DNA of 64,000 nucleotides from positions 25,498-89,497 of the forward strand of contig CBDDYZ010000003.1 of assembly GCA_965235675.1 (NCBI GenBank). The letters run 5' to 3'. Position 1 is the first letter of the stretch, and every line of letters starts with the position of its first letter. The translations under genes and the position numbers were made by a program. The notes beneath the pieces were generated by a model. It was not told the origin of the DNA and searched no databases. It was given only the letters and a program-made list of their open reading frames with translations. This document shows positions 12,080-23,907 of this stretch, piece by piece. This DNA is from Candidatus Pelagibacterales bacterium. Lineage in GTDB: Bacteria > Pseudomonadota > Alphaproteobacteria > Pelagibacterales > Pelagibacteraceae.

Positions 12080-12325
12080 ATGAGCGCAACAGGACTAGCA
12101 ATTATTTATATCATAATATGGTGGATAGTGTTTTTTGCAATTTTACCAATAGATGTTAATAGAAATAAGACTATTAAGATTGAAGGTGAAGATGCTGGAT
12201 CTCCTGAAAATCCAAAGATGTTAAAAAAATTTTTTTATTGTACTGGTATTACATCCTTAATTTTTATAATAATTTATATTTTAATTAAATATGAATACTT
12301 AAATTTAAGAAATATAATTAGTTAA
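12080..12325 (+). CDS. DUF1467-like small membrane protein
   Basis: IYIIIWWIVFFAILP...GSPENP, two TM helices; usual position upstream of proS in Alphaproteobacteria. Confidence 0.8.
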   Translation: MSATGLAIIYIIIWWIVFFAILPIDVNRNKTIKIEGEDAGSPENPKMLKKFFYCTGITSLIFIIIYILIKYEYLNLRNIIS

Positions 12326-12327
12326 AT

Positions 12328-13662
12328 ATGCATATATCAAAATCATTTATACCCATATTAAAAAACAACCCTTCTGAAGCTAAAATAAAATCACACCAAT
12401 TGATGTTAAGAGTTGGTATGATAAAACAATCCTCGGCGGGTATTTACTCTTGGTTACCTTTAGGATTTAAGGTGATGAAAAAAATTGAACAAATTGTAAG
12501 AGAAGAACAAAACAAAATTGGTGCTCAAGAAATTTTAATGCCTACTATTCAATCTAGTGAAATTTGGAAAGAAAGTGGACGCTATGACGATTATGGAGAA
12601 GAAATGTTAAGGATAAATGATCGCCAGAATAGAGAAATGTTATATGGTCCAACAAATGAGGAGTTAGTCACTGATATATTCAGATCTAGTATTAAATCAT
12701 ATAAATCATTGCCACAATTATTATATCATATTCAATGGAAATTTAGAGACGAAGTAAGACCAAGATTTGGAATAATGAGGTGTAGAGAATTCTATATGAA
12801 AGATGCTTACTCATTTGATGTGAGTGATGAAGAGGCTGTATTTTCTTACAATAAATTCTTCTTATCGTATTTAAAAACTTTTAAAAGACTTGAGTTAACT
12901 GCAATTCCTATGGCTGCCGATACAGGCCCAATTGGAGGAAATCTTTCACATGAATTTATTATTCTTGCTGACACAGGTGAAAGTAAAATTTTTACAGACA
13001 AAAGAATTTTTGACTTGAATAGCGATGGTTCAATAATAGAAAAAAATTCTTTAGAAAATTTAAGAAAAAAATTTGAACAATATTATTCTGTTACAGATGA
13101 AAAATTCAAAAAAGAAGAATTTGAAAAAGAAGTTTCGGTTGAAAATAGATTGATAACAAAAGGAATTGAAGTTGGGCATATATTTTATTTTGGAGATAAG
13201 TACTCTAAACCATTAAATGCATCAGTAGATTTGCCTGAGGGTAAGAAGGATTTTGTTAAAATGGGATCTTATGGAATCGGTGTGTCTAGATTAGTTGGTG
13301 CAATTATTGAGGCTAAATATGATGATAAAGAAGAAATCATGAAATGGCCATTTGCTATTGCTCCATTTGAACTTGCAATATTACCAATGATTAACAAAAA
13401 TGATAATTCAACTTTAGAAAAAGCAAATAAAATTTTTGAATTTTTTAATGTCAATGGTATTGATGCAATAATTGATGATATGGATGAAAACCTATCATCT
13501 AAAATTAAAAAATTTAATTTAATTGGCGTTCCTTATCAAATTATTATTGGAAAAAAGTCAGATGGTGATTTACTAGAATTTAAAGAAATTGGCAAAGATC
13601 CTCAAAATTTAACTTTAGATCAAATATTAAAAATTTTAATTAAACAAAAAGAAAAAAATTGA
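12328..13662 (+). CDS. proS: Proline-tRNA ligase (short form without editing insertion)
   Basis: SHQLMLRVG, GPTNEE, KFRDEVRPRFG, GIEVGHIF and MGSYGIGVSR. Confidence 0.97.
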   Translation: MHISKSFIPILKNNPSEAKIKSHQLMLRVGMIKQSSAGIYSWLPLGFKVMKKIEQIVREEQNKIGAQEILMPTIQSSEIWKESGRYDDYGEEMLRINDRQNREMLYGPTNEELVTDIFRSSIKSYKSLPQLLYHIQWKFRDEVRPRFGIMRCREFYMKDAYSFDVSDEEAVFSYNKFFLSYLKTFKRLELTAIPMAADTGPIGGNLSHEFIILADTGESKIFTDKRIFDLNSDGSIIEKNSLENLRKKFEQYYSVTDEKFKKEEFEKEVSVENRLITKGIEVGHIFYFGDKYSKPLNASVDLPEGKKDFVKMGSYGIGVSRLVGAIIEAKYDDKEEIMKWPFAIAPFELAILPMINKNDNSTLEKANKIFEFFNVNGIDAIIDDMDENLSSKIKKFNLIGVPYQIIIGKKSDGDLLEFKEIGKDPQNLTLDQILKILIKQKEKN

Positions 13663-14891
13663 TTTCTACTTTAGAAAAAGAGATTACATTTAGATATCTA
13701 AAAACTAGAAAAAAAGATGGTTTTTTAAATATAATTTCAATATTTTCTTTTATTGGAATAAGTCTAGGTGTTGCTGTTTTAATTATCGTTATGTCGGTAA
13801 TGAATGGTTTTAGAACAGAACTTATAAACAAAATTGTTGGTTTTAATCCTCATATAACTATTAAGCCTTATGAAAATTCTATCTCTGTAGATAAACTTAA
13901 TAATAAAGAGTTAAAGAAGATTTCTGAAGAATTGCTATATAGTAATTCAGGTGAAGCAATTATTATTAGTCAAGATTTTACCAAAGGTATTGTTTTAAGA
14001 GGGTACAGTCAAAAAGATTTCTCAAAGCTTAACGTGGTAAATAAAGGTCGATTTTCTGGCAATTCAAAGAAACTTTATAAAAATAATATTTCAATCGGTA
14101 AGGAATTAAGTTTTGATTTAGAACTTAAGATTGGAGATAAATTATCAATTATCTCTCCATCTGGGATAGAAACTATTATTGGTAATTTACCCAAACAAGA
14201 AGTTTTTACTGTTAGCTCAATCTTTGAAAGTGGATTAGCTGACTTTGATAGAAATATAGCTTTTATAAATATAGATACATTAGACAATTTTTTTGATTTT
14301 AATAAAGATAATAGAAATTTAGAAATTTATCTTAAAAATCCTTCAGACATAGTTATTGCAAAAAATAAAGTTAAAGAAGTATTTAAAGATGAATTTATTT
14401 ATACATGGGCTGATATGAATAGCTCGTTATTTTCAGCATTAAAAGTTGAGAGAAATGTAATGTTTATAATTTTGTCTTTAATAATATTAGTAGCAGCATT
14501 TAATATAATTTCAGGTCTTACAATATTGGTGAAAAATAAAACTAGAGATATAGCAATTCTTAAATCAATAGGTGTTTTAAATAAATCAATTACTAAAATT
14601 TTTTTCTTAGTAGGAGTTACAATTGGGACGACAGCTACAATATTTGGTATTTTATTGGGTGTATTGTTTTCACTTTATATTGAAAATATTAGACAGTTTT
14701 TGAGTTATACTTTTAATATAAGTTTGTTTCCTGAAGAAATTTATTTTTTAAGTAAAATGCCAACAGAAATAAACCTTGTTTCTATATTAATAATCTCCGT
14801 TTGTTCGATTTTAATAACTATAATTGTTTCAATATATCCTGCTATAAAAGCCTCTAAGCTTGATCCAGTAAAAGGTTTGAAATATGAATAA
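13659..14891 (+). CDS. lolC: Lipoprotein-releasing ABC transporter permease LolC/E
   Basis: GISLGVAVLIIVMSVMNGF, VAAFNIISGL and YPAIKASKLDP; precedes lolD. Confidence 0.92.
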   Translation: MISTLEKEITFRYLKTRKKDGFLNIISIFSFIGISLGVAVLIIVMSVMNGFRTELINKIVGFNPHITIKPYENSISVDKLNNKELKKISEELLYSNSGEAIIISQDFTKGIVLRGYSQKDFSKLNVVNKGRFSGNSKKLYKNNISIGKELSFDLELKIGDKLSIISPSGIETIIGNLPKQEVFTVSSIFESGLADFDRNIAFINIDTLDNFFDFNKDNRNLEIYLKNPSDIVIAKNKVKEVFKDEFIYTWADMNSSLFSALKVERNVMFIILSLIILVAAFNIISGLTILVKNKTRDIAILKSIGVLNKSITKIFFLVGVTIGTTATIFGILLGVLFSLYIENIRQFLSYTFNISLFPEEIYFLSKMPTEINLVSILIISVCSILITIIVSIYPAIKASKLDPVKGLKYE

Positions 14892-15573
14892 TCTTATAAA
14901 TTTAAAGAATATCTCTAAATCATTTTATAATAATAAAAAAATTTCAGTATTAAAAAAAATAAATTATTCATTTACAAGAGGTAAAATTTACTCTTTGGTA
15001 GGACCATCTGGTTCTGGGAAATCAACTTTGCTTAATATTTTATCAATGATTGATAGGCCGACTAGTGGAAGTTTATCTATAAGTAATAAAGTGGTGAATT
15101 TTTCTGAAACTTTAGACAATGATAAAATTAGATCAGAAAAAATTGGCATTATTTATCAACAAAATAATTTATTAACTGACTTTACGGCTTTAGAGAATGT
15201 TTACATGGCTCATTTAGCTTTAACTAATAATAAAAAAGAGGCAAAACATAAGGCTAAAATAATTTTAAAAAAAATGGGTTTAAAATCAAGAGAAGATCAT
15301 TATCCATCAGAATTATCTGGTGGTGAAATGCAGAGAATAGCAATTGCTAGAGCACTGATTAATGAACCTGATGTAATATTAGCAGACGAACCAACTGGAA
15401 GTTTAGATCAAAGTACGGCTAAAGAAATTTTTAATATTCTTTATAAATTAAAGGACAAGAATAGATTAATTATATATGCAACTCATAATAGATATTTTGC
15501 CAATATGGCAGATTGCAAATTAGAAATGATTGATGGTAATATAAAAACTATCAATGCAAAATTCAAACAATAA
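14884..15573 (+). CDS. lolD: Lipoprotein-releasing ABC transporter ATPase
   Basis: [16 protein letters not shown] and ADEPTG. Confidence 0.92.
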   Translation: MNNLINLKNISKSFYNNKKISVLKKINYSFTRGKIYSLVGPSGSGKSTLLNILSMIDRPTSGSLSISNKVVNFSETLDNDKIRSEKIGIIYQQNNLLTDFTALENVYMAHLALTNNKKEAKHKAKIILKKMGLKSREDHYPSELSGGEMQRIAIARALINEPDVILADEPTGSLDQSTAKEIFNILYKLKDKNRLIIYATHNRYFANMADCKLEMIDGNIKTINAKFKQ

Positions 15574-18500
15574 ACATTTTAATCACTTCAAAGTTCATAC
15601 TCAGTACTCCATTTGTGAAGGTGCTGTCAAAATTGAGAGTTTAAAAGATTTTTGTAAAGAAAATAAATTAGTTTCTGTTGGAATTTGTGACACTGAAAAT
15701 TTATGTGGTGCATTAGAATTTTCTGAAAATATCTCTAAAGTAGGCACTCAACCTATTATTGGAACTCAAATTAATTTTAAATATGAAGACACAACAGGTT
15801 TACTCCCCTTAATCGCTCTCAATGAAAATGGTTACAAAAAAATTATTGAATTATCTTCAAAATCATATTTAGAAAATGACGTTTTATCAAAACCACATTT
15901 GGATATCAAAGAATTATTAGATAACATTAGTGATGTTATTCTTTTATCAGGAACAAATCATGGCTTATTTGGCAAGTTATTTGAAAAAGGAAGATTTGAT
16001 GAAATACAAAAAATCTACAAAGATTTACTAAAAAATTTTAAAGATAATTTTTATTTAGAAATTCAAAGACATGGTGATCAAAATGAAATATCCTTTGAAA
16101 AGTTTAATTTAGAACAATCTTTTAGATTAAAAATTCCAATTATTGCATCAAATGAAGTTTATTATTTAACCAAAGACATGCATGAAGCCCATGATGCTCT
16201 TACTTGCATTGGTGAAAAAACATATCTTAATGATAAAAATAGAATTAAATATAGCGATCAACACTATTTTAAGTCTTCAGAAGAAATGTGTGCTCTATTT
16301 TCTGATTTACCCGAAGCTTTAGAAAATAATTTTAATTTACCATACAGGTGTAGTTTTAGACCTCAGTTTTCCAAACCTGTTCTTCCTAATATAAGCACAG
16401 AAAAAGATGGAAGTGCCGATGAAATATTGAAAAAGGACTCATTAAATGGATTAAAAGAAAAATTTTTAAAAGTTTTTAAAATTGAAGAAAAAAACCTCAT
16501 TAATGATGAAAAATTTTTATTTTATAAAGATCGTTTAGATCATGAATTAAGAATTATAATTGAAATGAAATATCCAAGTTATTTTTTAATAGTTTCTGAT
16601 TATATTAAATGGGCTAAGAAAAATGATATTCCAGTAGGACCCGGTAGAGGTTCTGGTGCTGGCTCTTTAGTAGCTTGGTGTTTATCAATTACTGATGTTG
16701 ACCCAATAAAGTTTAATCTAATTTTTGAAAGATTTTTAAATCCTGATAGAATATCTATGCCTGACTTTGATATAGATTTTTGTGAAGAAAAAAGAGATCT
16801 TGTATTTGAATATTTAACTACAAAATACAAAGATAGTGTTGCTCATATAATTACTTTTGGAAAATTAAAAGCAAGAATGGTTATAAGAGATGTTGGTAGA
16901 GTTTTAGGTTTACCATATGGTTTTGTAGATAGCATTTCTAAGATGATACCATTTGATCCTTCACGTCCACAAAGTTTAATTGAATGCATAAATAGTGAGC
17001 CAAGACTTCAAAAATTAGTAAATGAAGATCCTCGAGTTAAAAAACTTACTGATTTATCACTAAAGTTAGAGGGACTAAATCGGAATGTTGCAACTCATGC
17101 TGCTGGTGTTGTTATAGCCGACAGAAAATTAACTGAAATAGTTCCTTTATATAAAGACGCCTCCGCAGATCTTTTATTACCATCAACTCAATTTGATATG
17201 TATTCTGCTGAAAATGCAGGTTTAATAAAATTTGATTTTTTAGGTCTAAAAACTTTAACAGTCATTAATAGAACTCAAAAACTAATTAAAAAGAAAGATA
17301 AAGATTTTAATATCGAAGACATAAATTTTGAAGATCAAAAAGTTTTTGAATTACTTTCATCGGGTAATACAGTTGGTTTATTTCAGGTGGAGAGTGCTGG
17401 AATGCGTGAAGCATTAATGCAAATGAAACCAAATCATATTGAAGATATTATTGCATTAGTTGCTTTATATAGACCAGGACCTATGAGCAATATTCCTGTA
17501 TATAATGATTGTAAGCATGGAAGACAAACGCCTGATTATTTACACCCTCTTTTAGAAGACATTCTCAAACCAACATATGGTGTCATAATCTATCAAGAAC
17601 AAGTAATGCAAATAGCTCAAAAATTATCAGGTTTTACTGCAGGTGAAGCTGATATTTTAAGAAGGGCAATGGGTAAAAAGAAAAGAGCTGAACTAGAAAA
17701 GCAAAAACAAGGATTTATTGCTGGTGCACTAAAAAATGGTATTAGCAAAGATGTTGCGGCAAGTATTTTTTTAAAAATTGAACCATTTGCTGAATATGGT
17801 TTTAACAAAAGTCATGCTGCAGCATATGCAATAATTTCTTATCAAACAGCATTTTTGAAAACTTATTATCCAAAAGAGTTTTTTGCAGCATCGATGACAA
17901 TGGATATTTCAAATCAAAATAAATTAAGTGAATTTCATGAGGAACTTAAAAGAATAAATATTAATGTTATAAGACCAGATATTAATAAATGTTATGCTGA
18001 TTTTAAATTTGATGAAGAAAATTTTTATTATGCCTTAGGTGGAATTAAAAGTGTTGGGTTTGATGCTATATCAAATGTAGTTAAAGAAAGACTAGCAAAT
18101 GGTGAATTTAAATCCATTAATGATTTTTTAAATAGAGTAAATCCAAAGGATATTAATAAACTTCAATTAGAAGGGTTAGTTAAAGCAGGAGCCTTTGATA
18201 ATATTGAAAAGAATAGACAAGCATTGTTTAATTCAATTCCAAATTTCATTCTTAAAACTAAAAATATTCATGAAAACAAAGCAGCTAATCAAATAGACTT
18301 ATTTGGTGCTGATGAAGAGCAGGATAATGAAATTGTTCTTAATATGGAGGATTGGAAATTTGAGGATAGACTTTCAAGAGAATTTGAAGCTATTGGTTTT
18401 TTTATATCAGACCATCCTTTAAATCAGTTTAAAGAAATTTTTGATGATTATAAAATTGTAGATTATATAAAGTTTAATTCTGATGATAATATTAAAGATG

Positions 18501-18971
18501 CAAATATAGCAGCTACTTTATTAAAAATTTCTGAACGTAAAACAGCCAAAGGAAACTCTTATGCGAGTTATTAAATTTACAGATTTAACTAGTGTATTTG
18601 AACTTTTTATTTTTTCAGATATTCTTGAGATTAATAGAGAAATTTTAATTGAGGGAAATTCATTAATTATTACTTTAATTAAAACAATTTCAAATGATGA
18701 AAATAGATTAAAGAGAATAAATGTTCAAAAAATCGCCTCTCTTAAAGACTTATTTAATAAACCAGTTAGTGAAATTGCTTTTAATATTAAGACTGTTGAT
18801 GATATTGAAAAAATATCCAAATTATTAAATGAAGAGGGGACAACAGAGGTAAAAATTAATTTAGAGACTAACGACAACAATATTAGTTTTAAACTTAAGA
18901 ACAGACGTTTAATTGATAGAAAAGCTATAAATTTACTAAGAAAAGACGATATTTCAGTAATAATACAATAA
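15554..18971 (+). CDS. dnaE: DNA polymerase III alpha subunit (one apparent +1 frameshift at ~18565)
   Basis: PHP domain HTQYS, GPGRGSGAGS, SMPDFDIDF and EYGFNKSHA; the OB-fold continues in ORF 18561-18971 (KGNSYA|VIKFTD). Confidence 0.96.
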
Positions 18972-19025
18972 AAAAGACTTGTTTGTTTCATTAAATATTT
19001 GTAAATACCTGGTAAATTAAATTAA

Positions 19026-19093
19026 CACGCACACAGTTTGTGGTTTTATACCTCCGGTCCTTAAATGGAAATTACTGTGGTGGCTTAACCGGG
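19026..19093 (+). promoter_or_regulatory. Structured rpsB 5' leader (probable S2 autoregulatory element)
   Basis: GC-enriched island; CACAGT (19032-37) pairs with ACTGTG (19074-79); CCGGT (19054-58) can pair with ACCGG (19088-92) as a pseudoknot; directly upstream of rpsB. Confidence 0.7.
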
Positions 19094-19100
19094 AATAAAT

Positions 19101-19922
19101 ATGAAAATACCAAGTTTAACTATCCAACAACTATTAGAAGCAGGCGTTCACTTAGGTCACAAGACTTTAAGATGGAACCCAAAAATGAAAAAGTACATTT
19201 TTGGAAAAAGAGACTCAATACATATTATTGATTTAACTCAAACACTAGAACTTACCAATGTAGCTTTAGAAAAAGTTTACAATACAATTGCTAATAACGG
19301 AAAAATACTTTTTGTATCAACAAAAAAGCAAGCATCAGAAGCTATAGCCGAAGTTGCTAAAGAAACTGGCCAATACTTTGTAAATTATAGATGGTTAGGT
19401 GGAATGCTAACTAACTGGGGAACTATCTCAGGTTCAATTAAGAAAATGAAAAAATATGAGGCAGATCTTGTTGCTGAAAATAGAGGTTTCACAAAAAAAG
19501 AATTATTAAAAATGAGTGTCAAAAAAGACAAATTGGAACGAGCTCTAGGAGGAATTGCTGAGATGAAAAAAGTTCCAGATTTAGTTTTTATAATTGATAC
19601 TAACTATGAATCTTTAGCAATAGCTGAGGCATCTAAATTGGGCATTCCAATTTGTGCTATTTTGGATAGTAACTCAAACCCTGATGGAATAGATTTTCCA
19701 ATACCAGGAAATGATGATGCTAGAAGAGCAATTGATCTTTATTGTAATTTAGTAAAAGAAACTATTGAAAATGCAAAAAAAGCTGCTCCAGCAAAAGTAG
19801 ATGACAAACCAGAAGCAGATGAAGTCAAATCAAAAGAAGCATCTACTAAAACAGTTCAAGAAATTGATAGAGAAAAACTTGATGCCAAATTTGCTAAAAA
19901 GGATAAAAAAAAATTAAACTAA
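19101..19922 (+). CDS. rpsB: 30S ribosomal protein S2
   Basis: [25 protein letters not shown] and IPGNDD. Confidence 0.98.
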   Translation: MKIPSLTIQQLLEAGVHLGHKTLRWNPKMKKYIFGKRDSIHIIDLTQTLELTNVALEKVYNTIANNGKILFVSTKKQASEAIAEVAKETGQYFVNYRWLGGMLTNWGTISGSIKKMKKYEADLVAENRGFTKKELLKMSVKKDKLERALGGIAEMKKVPDLVFIIDTNYESLAIAEASKLGIPICAILDSNSNPDGIDFPIPGNDDARRAIDLYCNLVKETIENAKKAAPAKVDDKPEADEVKSKEASTKTVQEIDREKLDAKFAKKDKKKLN

Positions 19923-20773
19923 TGAGTGATATAGAAAAAGTTAAACAATTACGTGAAGCAACTGGTGCTGGTTTTAAAGATTGTAATCTTGCAATTAAAG
20001 AGTCTGGTGGAGATTTAGATAAAGCTGTTGAGATTTTAAGAGTTAAAGGCATATCAAAAGCTTCTAAGAAAATGTCAAGAGATGCTAAAGAAGGTGTAAT
20101 TGCAACTTCTGGTGATGAAAATAAAATTTCTATTATTGAAGTTAACTGTGAAACAGATTTTGTTGCCAAAAATGATGATTTTGTATTATTTGCTAAAGAA
20201 TTGAGTGAACTTAATAATCAAGCAGAATCTAATATTGAAAAGCTAAGTGAAACTAAAATGTCAAATGGCGAAACGGTTAAAGATAGTTTAGTTGCACTTA
20301 TAGCTAAAATGGGTGAAAAAATAACAATAGGTAGAGCAAAAACTTTTAATAACTCAGGTTCTAAAAATTTTAACTACTTACATACAGTTGTTAAAGATAA
20401 TTTATCTAAACTTTCTGTTATTGTGTCACTTGAAGTTAAAGATGTTTCAGATCAAGTCAAAACTTTTGGAAAACAATTGGCAATGCACATTGCAGCATCT
20501 AGTCCCTTGTCTTTAAATGCAGATTCAATTGATAAAGATCTTATACAAAAAGAACTAGAATTAGTCACAGAAGAACTTAAAAGCTCAGGCAAACCAGATG
20601 AAATTGTTCAAAAAATTAGTTTAGGTAAAATGAATAAATTTAAAGAGGAAAATGCATTATTAACTCAAGCTTGGGTTATGGAGCCAAAAAAGAAAGTTCA
20701 AGATATTGTTAAAGAACTTAATATTTCTGGTTTAAAGATTAATGATTTTTATAGATTAAAAATTGGTGAATAA
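19922..20773 (+). CDS. tsf: Elongation factor Ts
   Basis: [11 protein letters not shown] and [12 protein letters not shown]. Confidence 0.98.
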   Translation: MSDIEKVKQLREATGAGFKDCNLAIKESGGDLDKAVEILRVKGISKASKKMSRDAKEGVIATSGDENKISIIEVNCETDFVAKNDDFVLFAKELSELNNQAESNIEKLSETKMSNGETVKDSLVALIAKMGEKITIGRAKTFNNSGSKNFNYLHTVVKDNLSKLSVIVSLEVKDVSDQVKTFGKQLAMHIAASSPLSLNADSIDKDLIQKELELVTEELKSSGKPDEIVQKISLGKMNKFKEENALLTQAWVMEPKKKVQDIVKELNISGLKINDFYRLKIGE

Positions 20774-21325
20774 ATGTTTAACGACAAAACATATAATCAA
20801 AAAATGGATAAAACCATTGAGGTTTTTTCTAAAGAACTAACATCTTTAAGAACTGGTCGTGCAAATGCTGCAATGCTAGATCTTGTTAAAGTTGATGTGT
20901 ATGGCCAAGCTATGCCAATAAATCAAGTTGCTAGTATTACAACACCTGAACCAAGAATGATAAATATTCAAGTTTGGGATGCCAACAATGTTTCATTAGT
21001 AGATTCAGCTATAAAAAAATCTGAATTGGGTTTAAATCCTCAGATAGATGGTCAATTAATCAGATTACCTGTTCCAGATTTAAGTGAAGAAAGAAGAGTG
21101 GAGATTAAAAAAGTTATTAAATCAATGGGTGAAAAGTGCAAAGTATCAATTCGAAACATTAGAAGAGAAGCTAATGATGAGTTAAAGAATTTACTTAAAT
21201 CTAAAGAAATTAGTGAAGATGATGAAAAGAAATATGAAAAGATAGTACAAACGTTTACTGACAATCATATTAAAACGATTGATCAAAAAGTTGAGATTAA
21301 AGAAAAAGAAATCATGACTATATGA
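20774..21325 (+). CDS. frr: Ribosome recycling factor
   Basis: LRTGRAN, LSEERR and VSIRNIRR. Confidence 0.98.
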   Translation: MFNDKTYNQKMDKTIEVFSKELTSLRTGRANAAMLDLVKVDVYGQAMPINQVASITTPEPRMINIQVWDANNVSLVDSAIKKSELGLNPQIDGQLIRLPVPDLSEERRVEIKKVIKSMGEKCKVSIRNIRREANDELKNLLKSKEISEDDEKKYEKIVQTFTDNHIKTIDQKVEIKEKEIMTI

Positions 21326-22011
21326 ACCCAATTAAACATGTTGCCATTATTATGGATGGAAACGGTAGATGGGGCATTAAACAATAAAAACTCAAGAAAT
21401 GCAGGTCATAGAGCAGGTTTAAATACTGTAGAAAATATTATTAAAGAATGTTTAAAACAAAAAATTAAATATTTAACACTTTACACTTTTTCTACAGAAA
21501 ATTGGAAAAGACCAAAAAAAGAAATCAATTTTTTATTTAATATTATTAGAAAATTTTCTTATTAAAGAAAATTAATTAATTTAATTAAAAAAAATATTAA
21601 ATTTAAATTTATTGGTGAAATAAAAAAATTACCAAAAAAATTACAAAAAATTAATAAAAAATTCAGAAAAAAAAACATCAATTAAATAATAAATTTACAA
21701 ATTAATGTTGCTCTTAAATTATGGTTCTAAAAATGAAATAGTTAATGCTATAAAAATTAATTAAAAAAAAAAAAATTAAATTAATGAAAAAAATATAGAT
21801 AAAAATTTATATACAAAAAATATACCAGATCCAGATATCTTAATCAGAACAGGAAATACACAAAGATTAAGTAATTTTTTGCTTATGGCAGATTAGCTTA
21901 TACAGAAATTTTTTTTGAAAAAAAATTATGGCCTGATTTTAATGAGAATGATTTTAAAAAAATTCTAAATAAAGTTTAAAATTATTAAAAAGAAATTTTG
22001 GTTCAATATAA
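21322..22011 (+). CDS. uppS: Undecaprenyl diphosphate synthase, multiply frameshifted in this sequence
   Basis: Manual translation: [60 protein letters not shown]. Confidence 0.9.
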
Positions 22012-22694
22012 TGACTACAGAATTAAAAAAAAGAATATTAACATCTATATTTTTAGTTCTCTATCTACTATTAATGTATCTTTATTCATATTATAATGAT
22101 TGTCTCTTTAATTATTATGGCAATAATTGTATGGATTGAATTTTATGCAATAATTTCAAAAATTTTTAAAAAAAATAAATTTAAAAATAGATTTTTAAAA
22201 TTTATGTTTAAATCAGTTTCCTTATTATATTTATCATTATGTCAGTTTAATGTTTATGTTTTATCTGAATCATATAATCAGATTTAAAAATTATATTTAT
22301 TATATTCATTCTTTAGTAGCTATATTCGTCAGATATTGGAGGACTTATATTTGGTAAAATTTTTAAGGGGAAAAAACTAACAAAAATAAGTCCCAAATAA
22401 AACAATATCTGGCTCAATTGGATCATTTATTTTTTCCATTTATTATTAATACCAATATTTTATCAATAATTTAATTAAATTATGATTTTATTGAAATTTA
22501 TTATTATTATCAATTGTTATTTCTCTAATTTCTCAAATTAGGTGATTTATTTATTTCATTTTTAAAAAGAAAAGCTAAAGTTAAAGATACTAGTGATATT
22601 TTACCTGGTCATGGAGGTTTTCTTAGATAGAATAGATGGTATTATTTTTGCTGTACCTATTGGTATTTTTTTATTAAATCTATTTATATTATAA
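22011..22694 (+). CDS. cdsA: Phosphatidate cytidylyltransferase, multiply frameshifted
   Basis: [40 protein letters not shown] and ILPGHGG-LDRIDG. Confidence 0.9.
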
Positions 22695-23901
22695 TGAAAA
22701 AAAAAATTGCAATTTTAGGATCAACTGGTTCTATTGGTAAATCATTTAATTAAATATTTTTAAAAAAGATAAAAAAAATTTTAAAATTGTTATTACTTAT
22801 CAGCTAATAGAAATTATAAGAAATTACTTAATCAAGCTAAAAATATTTAATGTTAAAAATATTAATTATTACAATACAAGAAAATTTTTATAAATAGCAA
22901 AAAAATTTAATATAAATAAAAATATTAATATTTTTAATAATTTTAGATTTATTAAATAAAATTTTTAAGAAATAAAAAGTTGACTATATCAATGAGTGCA
23001 ATCTCTGGTTTAGTAAGGTTTAAATCCAACTATTGAAAATTATTAAATTTACAAAAAATATTGCAATTGCAAATAAAGAATCAATTATTTGTGGCTGGAA
23101 CTTAATTCAAAAAGAAATTTAAAAAATATAAAGTAAAATTTATCCCTGTAGACTCTGAGCATTTTTCTATTTGGTCTTTAATTAATAATACAAAAAATAA
23201 ATGATATAGAAAAAATTTATATTACAGCTTCTGGAGGTCCATTCTAATAAATTACAGCATTAAATAAATTTAAAAAATATTACTATAGAAAAAGCAATTA
23301 AAACATCCTAATTGGAAAATGGGAAAAAAAATATCAATTGATTCTGCTACTATGATGAATAAAGTTTTTGAAATAATTGAAGCTAAAAAAATTTTTAATT
23401 ATAAATATAGTCAAATTTAAAATTTTAATTCATCCAAAATCTTATGTTCATGCAATTGTAAAATTTCATAATGGTTTAATTCAAAATTATTAATACATGA
23501 TACAAATATGAAAATACCAATTTTTAATTCTTTATTTATTGATAATTATAAATAGAAAAATAAAGACAAATAAAATTGATTTTAAAACTATTAAATAATC
23601 TTAGATTTATCAAATGTTGATTTAATTAAAATTTCCAATGGTAAAGTATTATTAAAGATGATGCCCAGATAATGACTCATTTATTTGAAACTGTTCTTGT
23701 TACAGCGCAAATGATACTCTTAGTTGATCTATTTCTAAATAAAAAAATTAACTTTCAATGATATCTTAAAAATTTATATTAAAATTATTAAAATTGAAAG
23801 AATTTACCAAATTTAAGAAATTATAAGCCAAAAAATATTGATGCAAATCATCAAATTAAACAAATATGTTAGTTTAAAAATTGAAATCATTATGTGTATA
23901 A
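22694..23901 (+). CDS. dxr: 1-deoxy-D-xylulose-5-phosphate reductoisomerase, multiply frameshifted
   Basis: [56 protein letters not shown] and IHPKSYVHA; 3' end approximate. Confidence 0.9.
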
Positions 23902-23907
23902 AGCCTT

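Noticed and set aside
18540-18600. Programmed frameshift or split gene in dnaE (also considered for eno, trpG, aapM and the XRE gene)
   Set aside because: No slippery heptamer, stimulatory structure or intein motif; the insertions share the doubled-wobble-base signature of a consensus artefact.
19040-19231. 63-aa ORF overlapping the rpsB leader as a possible leader peptide
   Set aside because: Out-of-frame overlap with rpsB and a GTG start inside a structured RNA; no supporting features.
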